Assembly (NCBI GenBank): GCA_965655095.1
Contig: OZ296655.1
Location: forward strand, 61,690,001-61,754,000
Origin: Haplodiscus bocki
Taxonomy: Eukaryota
Reading direction: 5' to 3'
Length of the DNA stretch: 64,000 nucleotides
Of this stretch, positions 51,281 through 64,000 are shown one piece after another (within the stretch, counting starts at the first letter, position 1; the number at the start of each line of letters is the position of its first letter). Made by a program: the position numbers and the translations under genes. Below the pieces are notes generated by a model. The model saw only the letters and a list, made by a program, of their open reading frames with translations, was not told the origin of the DNA and did no database searches.

Positions 51281-52956
51281 TGTCGTGGCCATCTTCTGGG
51301 CCAGAGTTTTGTGTCATCTCGTTGTTGAAAATGCCAGCTTCAAGATGAGGGTTACTCTGGGAGTCGTCCTCATTCGTTTCTTGGCTTATACTAAAAATGT
51401 TCCGGGACGTCTCCGGAGCGGTTCCGGAGTGGCCCTGAACTAGCGGGTTCATGAGGAAGTCATCAAGACGAGCTGATGCACCTGTTATGCGGTTTTCCAT
51501 CCTGCTAAACACTTGCGACAACTTTTTTGTAACTCTTCCCTCAATTTCCTCAGAAGCTTGAGTTATGTAGTCTTCTTGTGATCTGGGAACTTTCGAGTTT
51601 TGTGCCAAACTGCTTCTAGGATGTTCCTCACAGTTTTCTCTGTTTAAGGCTGCCACTTTCTTTTTGCTTCGGGTTGCCATTTTTACGGGAAAAGTGTTAC
51701 TCAGTGATAAAAAGTTGATAGTATTTTCGTGAAGGGAAAATCAAATTGGTGTGTACAGTTTTCAGTAGAGGAAATAAAAAATGAATCAAAACTGGTTAAT
51801 ATCGTCAGTACAACAGAACACAAGTTTAAGAGTATAAGATTCTGGAAAGGCTCTCAATGTTCTCAAATTGTACTTTCATTTCTCCTATTTAAACCTTTTC
51901 CTGACGGGAAGCATAATTGTTTACACGCCAAGTTATGGCACAAAAAGGGAAAAGTACTTCATAAAGTGTAGCCTTAAAGTTAAAAAAGGCCGGCAGTGGC
52001 GGAAAATAAACAACCCTTCCATCCATCTCTTACCTCTTAGTACGCGCCTTTTCCATCTTCCGACCAAAATGGGCGGTCCAAATCCGTCAGGGATGGACAT
52101 CATAAATGGACGAAGGAAAAATATTTTCTTAGTTAGAAAAATGAAAAAAAATAAAGTGAAAATTACAGAATACATGACTTTAAACATGTGGATTATATAG
52201 AAAACATAAATAATCATTTCCCTCGTGCTCACTTCATCATTGTTAGTAACGGTTCTTTGGTCTTTACTCTTCCGAAAAGAGGAGAAACTAGAAGCACTAC
52301 TAGTTTACTCTTCAATCGTACGATTAGGAACTAGTGGTTTCCGGATTTTCCCGTATTCACTAGTAGTGGTAGTAGTCTGTGTTCCAATGAGGAGTGATTC
52401 CGGAACCATTCTGAATTCACTACACCAGGGCATTAAAAGAATAGTATTAATGACGTCACCAGACTAGTAGCGACGGAGCGCGTACGGAACAAATATTCAC
52501 TTCGAGAATCAAGACACTTGAAATCAGTTGTTGTGCTTTTAGCATCGATTTAATCGTAATTTCTAATTAAACTGCATTTCCTGCAATCAATCAAACCGTC
52601 AGATTTAATTGAAAAAAAGTGGATTTATATTTAATAATTAAGTAATTATTTTAACATAAGAATAGCTCCTTTTAGGTTAAAAATACTCTATGAATACTTG
52701 TTTGTTCCGTAGCGGTTCCGTCCTAGTCCGGATCAGTTTGGTTCAGTAAAAATACGTACCCATAAATATGTGCATTGGTAGGGATACGTTTTATACACAT
52801 AACCGTATATATGTACAACAGTTAAAATTACATGTTATAGTGATGTTATAGCTAGAGTTTGATTAAAAGTATGTAATGTTTGAGTTTTTGCTGAGCCTTA
52901 GGGTGTCTTTTCGGCTGATAGGGGCCGGCCGCATGCCTCGAAGGTGTACTGCGACA
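51281..52956 (-). repeat. 3' LTR of Gypsy-B (1676 bp) containing an open 133-codon gag N-terminus
   Basis: Begins TGTCGCAGTA (as Gypsy-A does) and ends GGCCACGACA. The ORF MATRSKKKVAALNRENCEEHPRS... from 51680 is homologous to 25246. Confidence 0.92.
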
Positions 52957-52988
52957 CTCCCTCTTTTTGGGAAAAGACATCCCCATGC

Positions 52989-53587
52989 TCAGCTTCCTTC
53001 TTTCTCTTCATGGAGGCGGCGGTATGGAGGAAGGGCTCGAAGCGATAGATACGTTTCTTGGCTCATTGGAGTCAAAGGTGTCGCTTGAAGAAATAACTCA
53101 AAAGACTCCTCTGGGCTCATCATCAGTATAGAATGTGGCATCATCCGTTGTTGTGTGCGTTGTCTCCCAGCCTTCAATGGCACTCACATTCATTGGGGGT
53201 GTCGAAAAGAGATGGGTTAGATGGCTCCGTTGATTGGGGGCTGTACTCTTCATCCGCTCGAATCACGGCCATAGTAGCCAACACATTGAATGGGTTGGGC
53301 GGCAAGTTGAGATCATTGAGGCTTAGTGGCACAATTGGATGTTGACTGCCAAACCTATATGGCATTGTGGGTTGATTGGAACCCGAATCAATTGTGACGA
53401 TCTGTGCATCCAGCGAGGCGACGGAGGAGACAGTAATTGTCTCCCTTGCCATTGCCCCTGATAATTGTGCTGAATTGAAAACGGCCGGAGTATTATTCCG
53501 AGCCAGACTACTTTCTTCTAATGAGCGCTCCACATAGAAAACATCCGATTCTGTGGATGAAGATTCCAGAGAGAGAACTGGGTTCAT
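52989..53587 (-). CDS. Extra sense-strand ORF before the PPT; acidic/Ser/Pro-rich, unknown function (probable frameshift ~53180)
   Basis: MNPVLSLESSSTESDVFYVE...ETITVSS...QIVTIDS...; no signal peptide or TM segment, so not env-like. Confidence 0.5.
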
Positions 53588-53987
53588 TGCAGTTGTTAAA
53601 AACAAGGAAGTTTGAGAGACATTATGAACTGCAAATTTGACGAAGTTACTTGAAGAAGTGATGATTAAAACAAAATTATTCTGCATTCGTCGCCAGGCGG
53701 GAAATGCTTTGAAGTTCCCGCGGTATCATTCTAATTGCTGAAGTTGAGTAGTTGGCGGTATAACTGAAGTTGACGAATTCTAAGCAAATCAATGAATGAA
53801 GTTTTTTAAAAATTAAGAAAGTTGAGTTTCTTTCCTCAATGTGTCCTTGAAACTAATATGATGACGTTATTGCTGGCAGACAAATCGGTCATAGTAAAAA
53901 GTAAATTAATAATGAATTTCATGAACGAAAATATAAAGCCATCATGTGATAGCTTATTAGCCACGTTCTTCGAATTGAACTGCAAGT

Positions 53988-56900
53988 ATGTCAGGAAAAA
54001 GCGTCATCTTGCTTGAGAAGTTTAGTTCGGCTCAATCGGACAATAAGTCAGTGGTTCAAGCTGTTGTTTCCTTTTCCCATTTTGATGTCCCCGAAGAGAA
54101 AAATGCTGGAGAGAGAGGCGAGGAGAGTCCTGTGGGAGGTCCAGAGGGACCAAATGAAGTAGGTGGTGTGTGCGAGATAGAAGCTGGCACTGAGGCAGAT
54201 GTGGAGGACGAAGATGAGGACGTTGATGTTGTTGGTCGCGTTGACGAGGTTGAGGTCTCTGGGTACGAGTCTGAGGGATTCACGCTCTCAGAAATCCTTC
54301 GTCGAAAAAAACTTTCGAAGAAGAATCTGTCCGAGGGTGTCGTTGACACCGCTCACCTTCCACAATGTGAGTTTTCAAATCTTCAACATTTACCACTAGC
54401 CCTGCTATTAGAATTTCTTTGCTGGCCACTCATTGAATTTTATTAGGCTAGTTGTGCTGCGCGCGCTGGAACATGAATATGACTACGTGAGGCTCTTGTG
54501 TTTTAGTGTGTGATCGCTCCGGAGAACAAGCGGTTCATTCAACTGAGCCTGGATTGCGTCGGACAGACGTGTCTGGTTCCGAGTTCGAGGTTGGCGCGCA
54601 CACTTCAGAAGAAAAAGTTAAGAGAGAGAAGAGTCGGACAAAATGCGCTCCAAAGAGTCCTCTCACGGCTGTTCTTGAGAGTTGGTTGCTCTCTATTCTA
54701 AATTGCAAGTTTTTAGTCGTATCAATGGCTTATTTTCCTTCTGTTTCCAGGTGATGCCGAAACGACTCTGGGAGTTTCCGGGAATGAAGATGCATCTGCC
54801 GACGTGGAGACTGGTGCGCAGTTGAAGGGCGTCACATTGTTGTTACCAGGAGCCTGGTACCGTTGGCTGGGGCCCCAGCATGATGTCCCTGATGCTGTCC
54901 AGAGTCGAGGTTGGAGCCAGGAGTTGTTGGAGCGGGCGTTTGATGATGGTAATACTCGTCTTCAAATGAGGATTTTAATAGTATTGTTCCATGTGGACTC
55001 CAAATTTTTACCACATTCCGTGCCTTTTAGATCAGTTTGTCACCGATTTTACTGTCACTGTAATTCGTGCCACTGGTCATCAGATGGTGTCTTTGTGTCG
55101 CTCCGTTTGTGAGGAGGAGAAAGCACAACTGCTGCCTCCCTTAATGAATAGTTAGTATTTTTCGCCTCAATCGGGTTCAACAGTTTTCGTGTTTGGTGTA
55201 CAGTATACGCCTTTATGTTGACAGAACTAAATGAAGTGTTGGACAGGTTAAAACAAGGGCCATCCCAAAGTCCACAGAGAGTTGAGACGTCGGAAACCAG
55301 TGGAAATGAGACGGACACTAGCAAACGGCGCCGAAAATTTTTAACCAAGAAGACTTTCCGGATGAAGAAAGTGTACGCGGCAACCGAGCATGGCAGGTTT
55401 TTTGTGACAGTACGATCAGACGCTGCCAAAATGCCAAGCCATTTTTCCTGTCGGGTGTGCCGCAGAAATGTCTTTGTGCTCACACTTGGACATCAAGAAG
55501 TGTTGCGACATTCTCAAGGCAGTCGTCACTTTGGCCGTGATCAGCGCTTGCGTCTGGAATTACCTGGGTGGCGCGTGCTAGATTTCCACGGAAATCCAAT
55601 AAGTGAGGATGAGCTGGAGCGTCAGAGGGAGAGTATCAGAAAAGGTCCTCTTGTGGTACATGATCGTGAGCATCCATTTGCAGAGGACTTGATCACCGAT
55701 GAAGCTGATGTCGTTGACCCTCAGTTGCCGGTTCTGACAAAATTGTTACGCTTGGTGATGCGCTGAGGATAGGAGGCAGCTTTAAACTGATTGAGCAGCT
55801 GTGGGCACAGTTGGTGCCAACCGCCGGGCCAGTCAATACTGAAGTAGCCTGGACACGTGACGAAGTTCTGGTTAGTTCCGTAAATTTCCGGAATCACCTC
55901 GTCTCAATCCCGATTCACAACATTTTGCTTTTAGTCAATCATCGTTACTGGAATGTTGCCCCAAATTCTGTCTCGCGTGTTTTGTTGGGCTAAGGCTCAC
56001 CACTTTTTCAGCCTTGAATTCCAGGAGCGTCGTGTGGCATTGTGGGCCTTCGTGCGCACGTGCGAGAAGGACACTATCCGTCGGGTTGCCGTGGCGGTTT
56101 CAGACCGCTTCTCCATTGATGCCACATAGGAGTTGTCTCTGTTTGTGTCGGTCATGGCTGCTGTGGGTGGTTCGGCGTCCCTCGTTGCAGATTCTGGTGG
56201 GTTGCATGTGTTGGCCGACACTTACTGCGAACATTTGGGAAGTGGGTTCAGCCGCCAGCTAGTAGAATACCCAGTGTTCGATCTGCGTCTCCTGAAACAA
56301 TGCTTGCAAAAAATGTCGTCTTCCGTCTTTGGATCTTTGGATCCATTCTCGATGACGGAATTTATTGTCACGTGTTTCAAGGGGCAAAGGATCAGGTCAC
56401 GTTCCAGTCTTTGTCATACCGTCATCACAGGAGAGCTGTCGATGCCGTCGCTGGTTGAGGTCGTCAGCAACACCGTGGGTCTGTGGCCTCTCATCGTGGC
56501 CTACCTTACGGAGACTGGTAGACAGACCAACGGCGACAAGTTATTGGTTTAATACAATCTGCACTTTTATTTCAGTTGCACTTTTTCACACCTTCCTCTT
56601 GCTGTTTTCTTTTAAAAGAAGGGAATTGTTGGCTATTCCGATATCGACCAGATGGCAAGATGCAAATTCCGCCTGTTCCATCTGATTCTCGGGATCTGTA
56701 AGTCCAGCTTTTTGCACATTCCCCATTTGGTTCACGTTGGTACGTATACATTCCGGAAAATTGGTAGGAAATTCTAGGAAACCTGTGGAACCATTCGCAT
56801 TTTTTCCTCGTTTTGGGACACTGGGCTGAATCAAGAAGTATCCAATTTTATACCCATTTATTGAGGGTTTTGGGGTAGTTGCGGTACTTTCACGATTTCT

Positions 56901-58552
56901 GAAGCAATTTCCAGGCTTTGCACCGTCTTTTTGGGTGTGATTCTTGTTAGTTGCCACCTAGGATAAACTAGGAACTTGTAGTAGCACTCCTAGTTGATTC
57001 CGCATTTCCACGGGGCAAAATAGTAAATTTTCCGTATCACTTTTGATTTTGATCCTCATTTGGTAGTCAGCTCCAGGGCTGGGGGGAGTATCCAGTTTCT
57101 ATCATTCTCTGGTCATTGTCTGTGTTGTTTTAGTTGCACACAGTTTCACCGAATTGGACTCTGGGCATGCCGATCATGGCTATCTGGCATTTGGGGAGCT
57201 CTCCCGATTTGTGTACTGTTTACTTCAAAAGGTGAAACGGAGTAGCGATTTGCTCCTGATAGAGAAGTCAGAGGCGTAAATGGTCCCGAATCATTCGTGT
57301 TTTGGAGCCATCGCAGTGGAGCAGTTCTTGGAAGGGACCCGTCTGTTATCGTCCCTGGAAAAAAAAAAAACAACAGCTTCCTCCAAAAAGAGTTCCGCAA
57401 AGACAGTCGTCGCTTCCTTGAGGATCTCGTAAGCACCATCCTCTCTACAGTGGCCGCGCGTTCTCCAGTTGGGCAGGAATTGACCTGCTTCTGTCCTGAA
57501 ATTACCATTGAAGGTGTCGACTATTCAACTGTCTACATCCTCGGGCAACTACTGGATGGACTGCCTGAACTTGGCTGCGTTAGGGGGTCAGAAATCGAAC
57601 CTGCAAATGCTGAATTCCACTCTTTCGTCCGCGAGCAGTGACAGGTGTAATCAAGTGGCAATAGGTCTCGTGTGCCAATTAATAGCATCTTTGCTTACTG
57701 CAACCAGCCTGGCTTCTGTCCTCGGCAGAATTTGCACAAAGTTAGTATTATGGGGCTTTAAAATCATCTCGATGTTCTTCATGATTTAACAACATGTGCT
57801 GCTTTCAGATTCTTCAGTTGACAGCATTAGTGGTGAAGGGTCCCTCAGAGTTGCATCCCGTCTTTACTGTGTCTTTCGATGGGGTTGCAGTCATTCAAGA
57901 GAAAGTGAAGGTGGCAGTGGCATGTGTGCAGGATTTTTTGCGTCAACCTCTGTTCACGCAGAGAAACTTTTTCTCCGAGATTGGGATTAGCATGCTGAAC
58001 ACTGCCGTTACTGCCGCAGATGTTGTTCGAAACAGTTCCAAGTTTGATCCTTGGGGAGCAATTGATGTAGAGGTGGGCCCTGTAATTGCAGATCTGAAGT
58101 CCTGCCGAGAAAATCTTGTAACACGAAGGAAGGCGGTCAAGGATACACGGGAGCGTTGGTTTGGTGCAGAGACTGTTGCACCATCAGCTGTTGGTGAGGC
58201 TGCATCCCGCACAACTGTCCGCATCTCTGATGTTGTAGAGGTAGGAGATGTGAAATATATTAAGGAGCATGATAAGCTTGGTCTCCCTTGTTGCAGTCGA
58301 TCTGTGTCAGCTCCCGGGAAGAAAAAAAAGAGGCAAGTGCCAGTGAGTCCGGGCGTTGCGAAAAAAAAACAGTTTTCTGTTGAAAGTCCGTCTGCTAGCC
58401 GTCCTTCATTTGACGCTGCTCTTGAGAAAAGTTTCGAGAAGTCGGGTGCGGAAGAAGTAGTCGTGATTGCCGTAATGCCCCAGTTTTCCAAGGGTTATCC
58501 CAACAACAATTTAATTACATTTATGTATAGACTTCTCGCATTTGAATTTTAG
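53988..58552 (+). pseudogene. Spliced antisense accessory gene of Gypsy-B; hAT-transposase-like protein with a BED-like zinc finger
   Basis: GT-AG introns at 54367-54506, 54681-54750, 54949-55030, 55151-55203, 55871-55934 and 57741-57808 all join exons in frame. Motifs CRVC-x15-H-x5-H, FFSLEFQE, LWPLIVAYL, NLHK/ILQLTALVVKGPSE. A few stops and frameshifts are present. Confidence 0.8.
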
Positions 58553-58952
58553 TAAAAGTTTGAATTCAATTAGAGTAGCCGTCTTTTGTGTATAGGTAAA
58601 ATGAGTAGGAAAACTGTCGGTGTACAGGAACTTTCCTCAGAATACTAGGAATTTTTGTATGTATTCCGTTTTGTATCCGGAATCAATTTTGGGTAGCTTT
58701 TCCGGAAAGGTTCCGGAAACGATCCTTATATCATCTCAGGATATATTAGGGCGTTGCGATGAAGATTCAATTCCCGGTGTCTGCAAATGCCAAAGTTGTT
58801 ATGATTCGGTCTGTAGTGTTCAAGAGTTACTTCAGAAAAGTTGATGAGCACTTGAAAGAATATGTAGGCTTTCCGCATATCAGTTCAAAAACACATTCCT
58901 AGACTTTCCGCAAAGTGTACGTATGCGTTCCGTAGACGTTAGTGGGACAGGG

Positions 58953-61900
58953 TCAATATCTGTAATCGTCATTACAATTTGGTTTTGGTTTATGACGTGC
59001 ATCATATTTTGAGCTGCGGTGGTCGGTAGGCGTACGGTCGGGTTGCCTTACACTAGTATCCGCATCAGGCTGCATGTAGTTATCCGTGTGCGTTCCGTCG
59101 TATGATCTGTCTGTCTGAGGGGTAAAATCTGGGGAAGTTTCTGGTATGGTTCCCAGAGTGCTCCTCCTTTCATCAGCTGCTTCTTCAGATCGTACTGTGA
59201 TTTCGGGTGAATTAAGTGTTACCAGATTATTGTAATCGCTATCAAATATTGGCATCTCATAATCACACCCCCATGCTCTGGCGTACAAGTCATCTAGTTT
59301 AATGATAACTTCCGGGTCTGGTTGCCATTCACGTGGTGTGATTGGTATTTCTGGTATGGGCTGGCGGGGTGTGAATTGACCGTGCCTCATTCGATGAAGT
59401 ATTTGCGTCCTATTGGTGCCAATTTTGCGTACCAAATAATTTTTGTTCGGTAACGTCTTTTCAATAATATAGGGTCCAATCCACCAAAAATCTGTAGCGG
59501 GAAGTTTGCTTCCTTGGTGATCTGCTTTCGCTGTAGGATGTAAACGTATTCGGCCTGTTTAAGTTTCGAGGCATTGGCTTTTTTATCATAATACGTTTTC
59601 TATCTGATATAAGCTTGCATAGCACTTTTGCGGACATCTTGGAAAACCATTTCCGTCTGTTCAAGCACATCTTGGGCGGTTTGTGAGTCCGGAGAGGGAA
59701 TTTTCTGTGGAAGAATACCCATTATTAAAGGAAGGATATTGTAAGGAATGCGTCCATGATATACTTTGATCGGTTCACAGCCGGTACTCGAGTGATGAGA
59801 TGTGTTGTAATTAAGGACCGGAATGCCGACGTACTAATGCCGCAATGATATCCGCTCGCCTGTCTCTATCTTCAATGCTTGTTTGATTGACTCGTGATAT
59901 TGCTCAAGCAGCCCAATCGTTTGATCGTGCTATGTAGTGGCGTGCTTTATAGTAAAGCCAATGACGCCGACCACTTTCTTAATTACATGGGACACAAAGG
60001 CTGTGCCTTTATCTGAGATAAGTGTTGTTGGCAAGTAGCCGTGCTTAGTCATGCTGTTAATCAAGACGTTAGCAATTGCTTTGGAGTCCTGATTTGATGT
60101 CCGGTATGCAAATATTTAGCTGGAAAACACATCCATGGCTGTCACAATGTATCCATAACCAGATGGCGTTAATTCGGGCACCAAATCATGTTGCATGGCG
60201 TCTTCTGGCGCAATAATGTACACGTTCGGGTTTTAATGGGGAGAGCGGGTGACTCGAGGATCAATCCGTGATTCTCTAAGGCATTGCTCACAAGACATAA
60301 CCCACTCCCTGATTAATTGAGCCATATTTGGTTAATAATACTTTTCTCTGTATGCAATTATCGTTTTAGTAATTCCAGGATGTTTTCCAAAATATCCATG
60401 GAGACTCCGGAGTACTTCATTAACTAGCTGCTTGGGTATGAGAATTTGGTAGTATTTGACACTACCAGTTTTTTTGTAATATTTCCGGAATAGAAGTCTA
60501 TCTTTGCGGATAATGCGTTCCTCATTTGCATTGTAGTGCCTAAATCGTCTGTCCATTGTCAATAGCACATCATCATTTGGTTGGCCAAGTATTTTGAAAT
60601 TTAGATTTTTCAGTACTAGATCGGCATCTTGCTCTACTCGTATTCGTGCATTTGCTTTGATTCCATTAATGGAATACGACGTAGTGTTTCCGTCAATCTT
60701 TGTGAATTCTTTGATACTTGGCTTCCTTGAGGATGGTTCCTGATTTACTACCCCTTCTGCTGCCTTTTTCCGAGATTGCACTTTTCGTTCCAGGATCTGT
60801 TTCTCGGTCTCACCTTGACCATCTGCTTGCGTGAAGGAGAACTGTTCTTCATCGGCAACATCCGAGGAAGATGTTGTCACCTTTATGGGTGTTGTTTGTA
60901 TATCCTCCTGGATTTTGAGATGGATCTTCTCCGTGACTTTCAGTTCTAGTCTGGAGACAAAGTCAGCTGCTGTGTTGACTGGACCAGCGATATTTGCTAA
61001 TTTAAAGTTGAACTGCAGCACATAATCACAAGGATGGTGGAATAGCTTTAGTCTGGAAAAATCGGGTGACGGATTTTTAGTCCGTTAAGACAATCGTTGG
61101 TTTTGATGCTTCCCACAGAATATGTGCGAGCTCAAGAAATGCCATGTAGAATGTCAAAAATTCTTTTGAGTAAATTGACATCTTGAGTTGTGCGGGGGAA
61201 GAGACTTTTGATCCAAACGCGATAGGGGCGTACGTTTTCCTGTTTGATTGAATCTTTTGGTCCGGGTTATCTTCAATCATGAGGGCATAGCCAGCGCTTC
61301 TCAAGCTTGCATCGGTCATTAAGACTAGCTGTTTCCTGGGAACAGTTTGTTTCAGTGCTAGCTCGGAAGCATTGCTCAGTGCTTTGTTTACTGAATCAAA
61401 GATTTTTTTCGATTCTGAGGTAATATTGATTGGGCTTCTGCTTTTAAAAGTTTGTAGAATGGATTCAGCTTTTTAACCATCCTGGGAATGTTATTTCTGT
61501 AAAAACTTACAAATCCCAGATGGCGCTGCAAAGCCTTTTTGGATATGGAGAATCTCAATTTGCGCAAGAAATTCTGAATTTTGTGAGATTGTGGTGATAC
61601 TCCCTCAGATGAAATGGTTCTTCCTAGGAATTCAAATTGACTGACTCCAAAGTGGCACCTTTCATATGTCAATTTTAGTCATGCCTAGCGAACGTACTTG
61701 AAGACTGCCCGAATGTTCCGGGTAACATCCGTAGCGTTATTAGCTGCAATTTCAAGGTCATCCACGTATTGAGCACATTGGTCAGCCTTGACAACTGGGC
61801 CTAAGTACTCGCGCATGAAGCTTGAAAAAGCAGACACAGATCGGCTGAGACCTTGTTCAAGTCTCTTGTAGGCAAAGGTTCTGCTAGAAAGATGAAATGC

Positions 61901-63800
61901 AAAATTAGCATTTCCACCGAACGTTGGTCCGCCATATGCAAGCAGTGATATAATTGGGAGCAGTCGAGCTTGCAGAATAGTGACTTCCCTGCCAGGTGTT
62001 GTGCTGCATCTGACAAAGCGCTGACTGGGTGATTATTGTTAGTGTAATCATCCGCAATCAGGGTGTTGATCTGCCTAAGATCCACAAGGAGACGTAATTT
62101 TCAGTTAGGTTTTCTCTGTGCAAAAATGGGACTCGCGTATTTTCAGAACGGTAAAACTGTGATGATCCCATATTTATGCATAAGGGCTACCTCAACAATT
62201 AAGTCTTCTTTCAGGTGGATCGTCATTGGTAGGTTATGGCTGTAGACAGCTTTATCCTCCTTTGGTGTGAGTTTCACCTTGAATTCTGTGTTCATTCCGA
62301 TATTCATTCTATGTCTAGCAAATATGTCCTGATAGTCAACTAGAATATCTTCGACTGCTTGTTTTTCAGTTTCTGTGAGCAGTGTACCTGTCCAACCAAA
62401 TCGCTTTAAAAATTCCATTCGTGATTCTGTGTCATCTTTTGGATTCCGTTTTTCTTCTAGTGGCAGTTCACGCAGCTCTTTTAGGAATCGTGTCTGAATT
62501 GGGGTATGATCCTCTATGTTGCCAGGATTTTCGGGTGTAGGAAACCAGAAAGTATTGTTTTGCTGGTCTGGTTTATTCATTCTGAGTAGCTCAGTCAAGT
62601 ATGTAATCAGATCTAGGTCACCTTCAGGAATCATACTAAGAATTGCCGTGTCTACTGGTTTAATAAACTTGGATTGCTCTGGAGTGACTACGGAGAAGTC
62701 GGCAATTTGTGTGTTCTTGTAGATTTTATAAGGTGTTTCCGTTGTGTTGGCGACTCTGACTTCTATCTTTCTGTCGATTATGATTGAAATTGAATGGGAT
62801 ATTGTGAGACTCGCGGAACTTTTCGGTGAATTTTTCAACTGGAATTACGGTCCCTGTTGTATTCTTATCCAACAGGTGATCAACAAATGCTGTGATTGCC
62901 TTTGTTGTCGTTTGTGGTATTGTTATGCTGTCGTGGATGAGAAGAGATTGGGACTTCGCACTCGTTTGACTCGATGCACTTCTGTCGTGCGTTGCCAAAT
63001 GTGGGAAATGGATGAGGCCATGTGTAGTATCGATGACCATACTGTTATGTTTCATGACGTGCAACCCTATGATAGGTCCTGTCAGATTCTTCATTACGAC
63101 GAAATGTTCTGCAAAGATGTGATCTGCAATGTCAAATTTGAGTGTGGCTGTTGCTAATGGCTTTTCTAACTGGCCATTTGCTACTTGAATTTGAAAATTA
63201 GGAGGGTCATCGATTTTAAGGATATTAGATGGAGCTTGTTGTTTAATACTCTCCAATTCATTCTGAGCTATTGCACTACCATAGGTTCCCGAGTCAACAA
63301 GGGAATCTTTTGTTGAGCCATTCTCAAAATCCAGAGGGACATACAACAATTCTTTCTTTCGTTTTAGGACAATTGCGGAGGATAGTGGCATGTAGAGTTC
63401 ATTGGTAATATCATCCCTCACAAGTCGGTTTTCAATTTGTGAAGTTTTAATTTTGGGAGGGGAAATGTTGTCATCTCCATCGCCATAAGTTGTCATGTCA
63501 GTTTGTATTCATTGGATTTCAGGTTGTTGTTCCTTGGAATCATTGGGGCATTGTACTGGCATGCTCCTAGTTTGGTTTTCCAGGAGCGATTCCCAATCAG
63601 ATCCAGATACTTGGGATGAAGTTCCTTTCATTGGCGACGTTTGTGATTCTATATCACTTCTCTGTCTGAATTCTCTGTGTTTTTGTGAGTTTCAATAATC
63701 AAAGTTTTATGAATATTAGTTAAATGAGTCTCCTGGGGTTGCTGCCAGACAACTTAAGGGAGTGGTGGAAGTTTAGTAGTCTATGGTCTGTCAATCGCAG
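58953..63800 (-). pseudogene. pol: Gypsy pol (protease, RT, RNase H, integrase), frameshifted
   Basis: LVDSGTYGSAI (PR); DLRQIN, KLDCSQLY, QYVDDL (RT); MTDASLRSAGYAL (RH); LHGYFGKHPG, DVFS, ISDKGTAF (INT). Confidence 0.95.
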
Positions 63801-63814
63801 CTCCGGAGTGAAAA

Positions 63815-64000
63815 TGTGGCATTTTCTGTTTAATTTTGGGCCGCAACTTGAGAAATTTCATTAGGATCATTTTGATTGGTTCTCTCTGGGACCCGGTCTT
63901 CTGTGCCGGGGAGGTTGTCTCTTGGCTGCCCTGGCTCCAATGTAGCATTTCTCTGTGGAGTGGTTTGTCTTCCCACATGTCTCACATGATGGATAAACAG
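63815..64000 (-). pseudogene. gag: Gag C-terminus with CCHC zinc knuckle
   Basis: YPSCETCGKTNHSTEKCY (C-x2-C-x4-H-x4-C). Confidence 0.85.

Larger units (their letters stand above)
51281..64000 (-). mobile_element. Gypsy-type LTR retrotransposon (Gypsy-B), running off the right edge of the window
   Basis: 3' LTR 51281-52956, PPT 52957-52968, pol in PR-RT-RH-INT order, gag CCHC knuckle at the window end. Confidence 0.95.

Noticed and set aside
52989-53686. env gene
   Set aside because: Short and acidic, with no signal peptide, furin site or TM anchor.
54056-54349. Minus-strand Ser/Thr-rich ORF (also 57943-58491 and 55055-55483)
   Set aside because: Shadow frames of the plus-strand exons.
53988-58552. 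Nested autonomous hAT transposon or host gene
   Set aside because: No TIR or TSD seen, catalytic residues are absent, and the homologue occupies the same position in a second Gypsy family.

Overview
AT-rich eukaryotic (most likely animal) DNA made up almost entirely of nested, mostly decayed mobile elements; no intact host gene was recognised. Main contents: (1) a full-length but pseudogenised Polinton/Maverick at 6991-20950 with AGTAGT...ACTACT ends, long TIRs and a perfect 6-bp TSD (CTCGTG). It splits a gag-like ORF, which rejoins in frame when the element is removed. (2) A second, end-truncated Polinton (~39985-49950) with a different gene order, plus a TIR relic of a third (1-935). (3) A young, internally deleted Gypsy-type LTR element (24104-31248, 1543-bp LTRs, 5-bp TSD GGAAC). 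Its gag starts ~400 bp inside the LTR and reads through a triplicated primer-binding site. (4) A related, larger Gypsy element on the minus strand (51281 to beyond 64000). (5) A BEL/Pao gag fragment, MITEs and minisatellites. The most interesting observation: both Gypsy elements carry, between pol and the 3' LTR, a multi-exon gene in antisense orientation with conserved intron positions. Its spliced product looks like a catalytically dead hAT transposase (BED-like zinc finger, RNase-H-like core, dimerisation-like C-terminus), and it sits back-to-back with a small sense ORF rich in SIM-like motifs. All homology calls come from motif recognition by eye and need profile searches to confirm.
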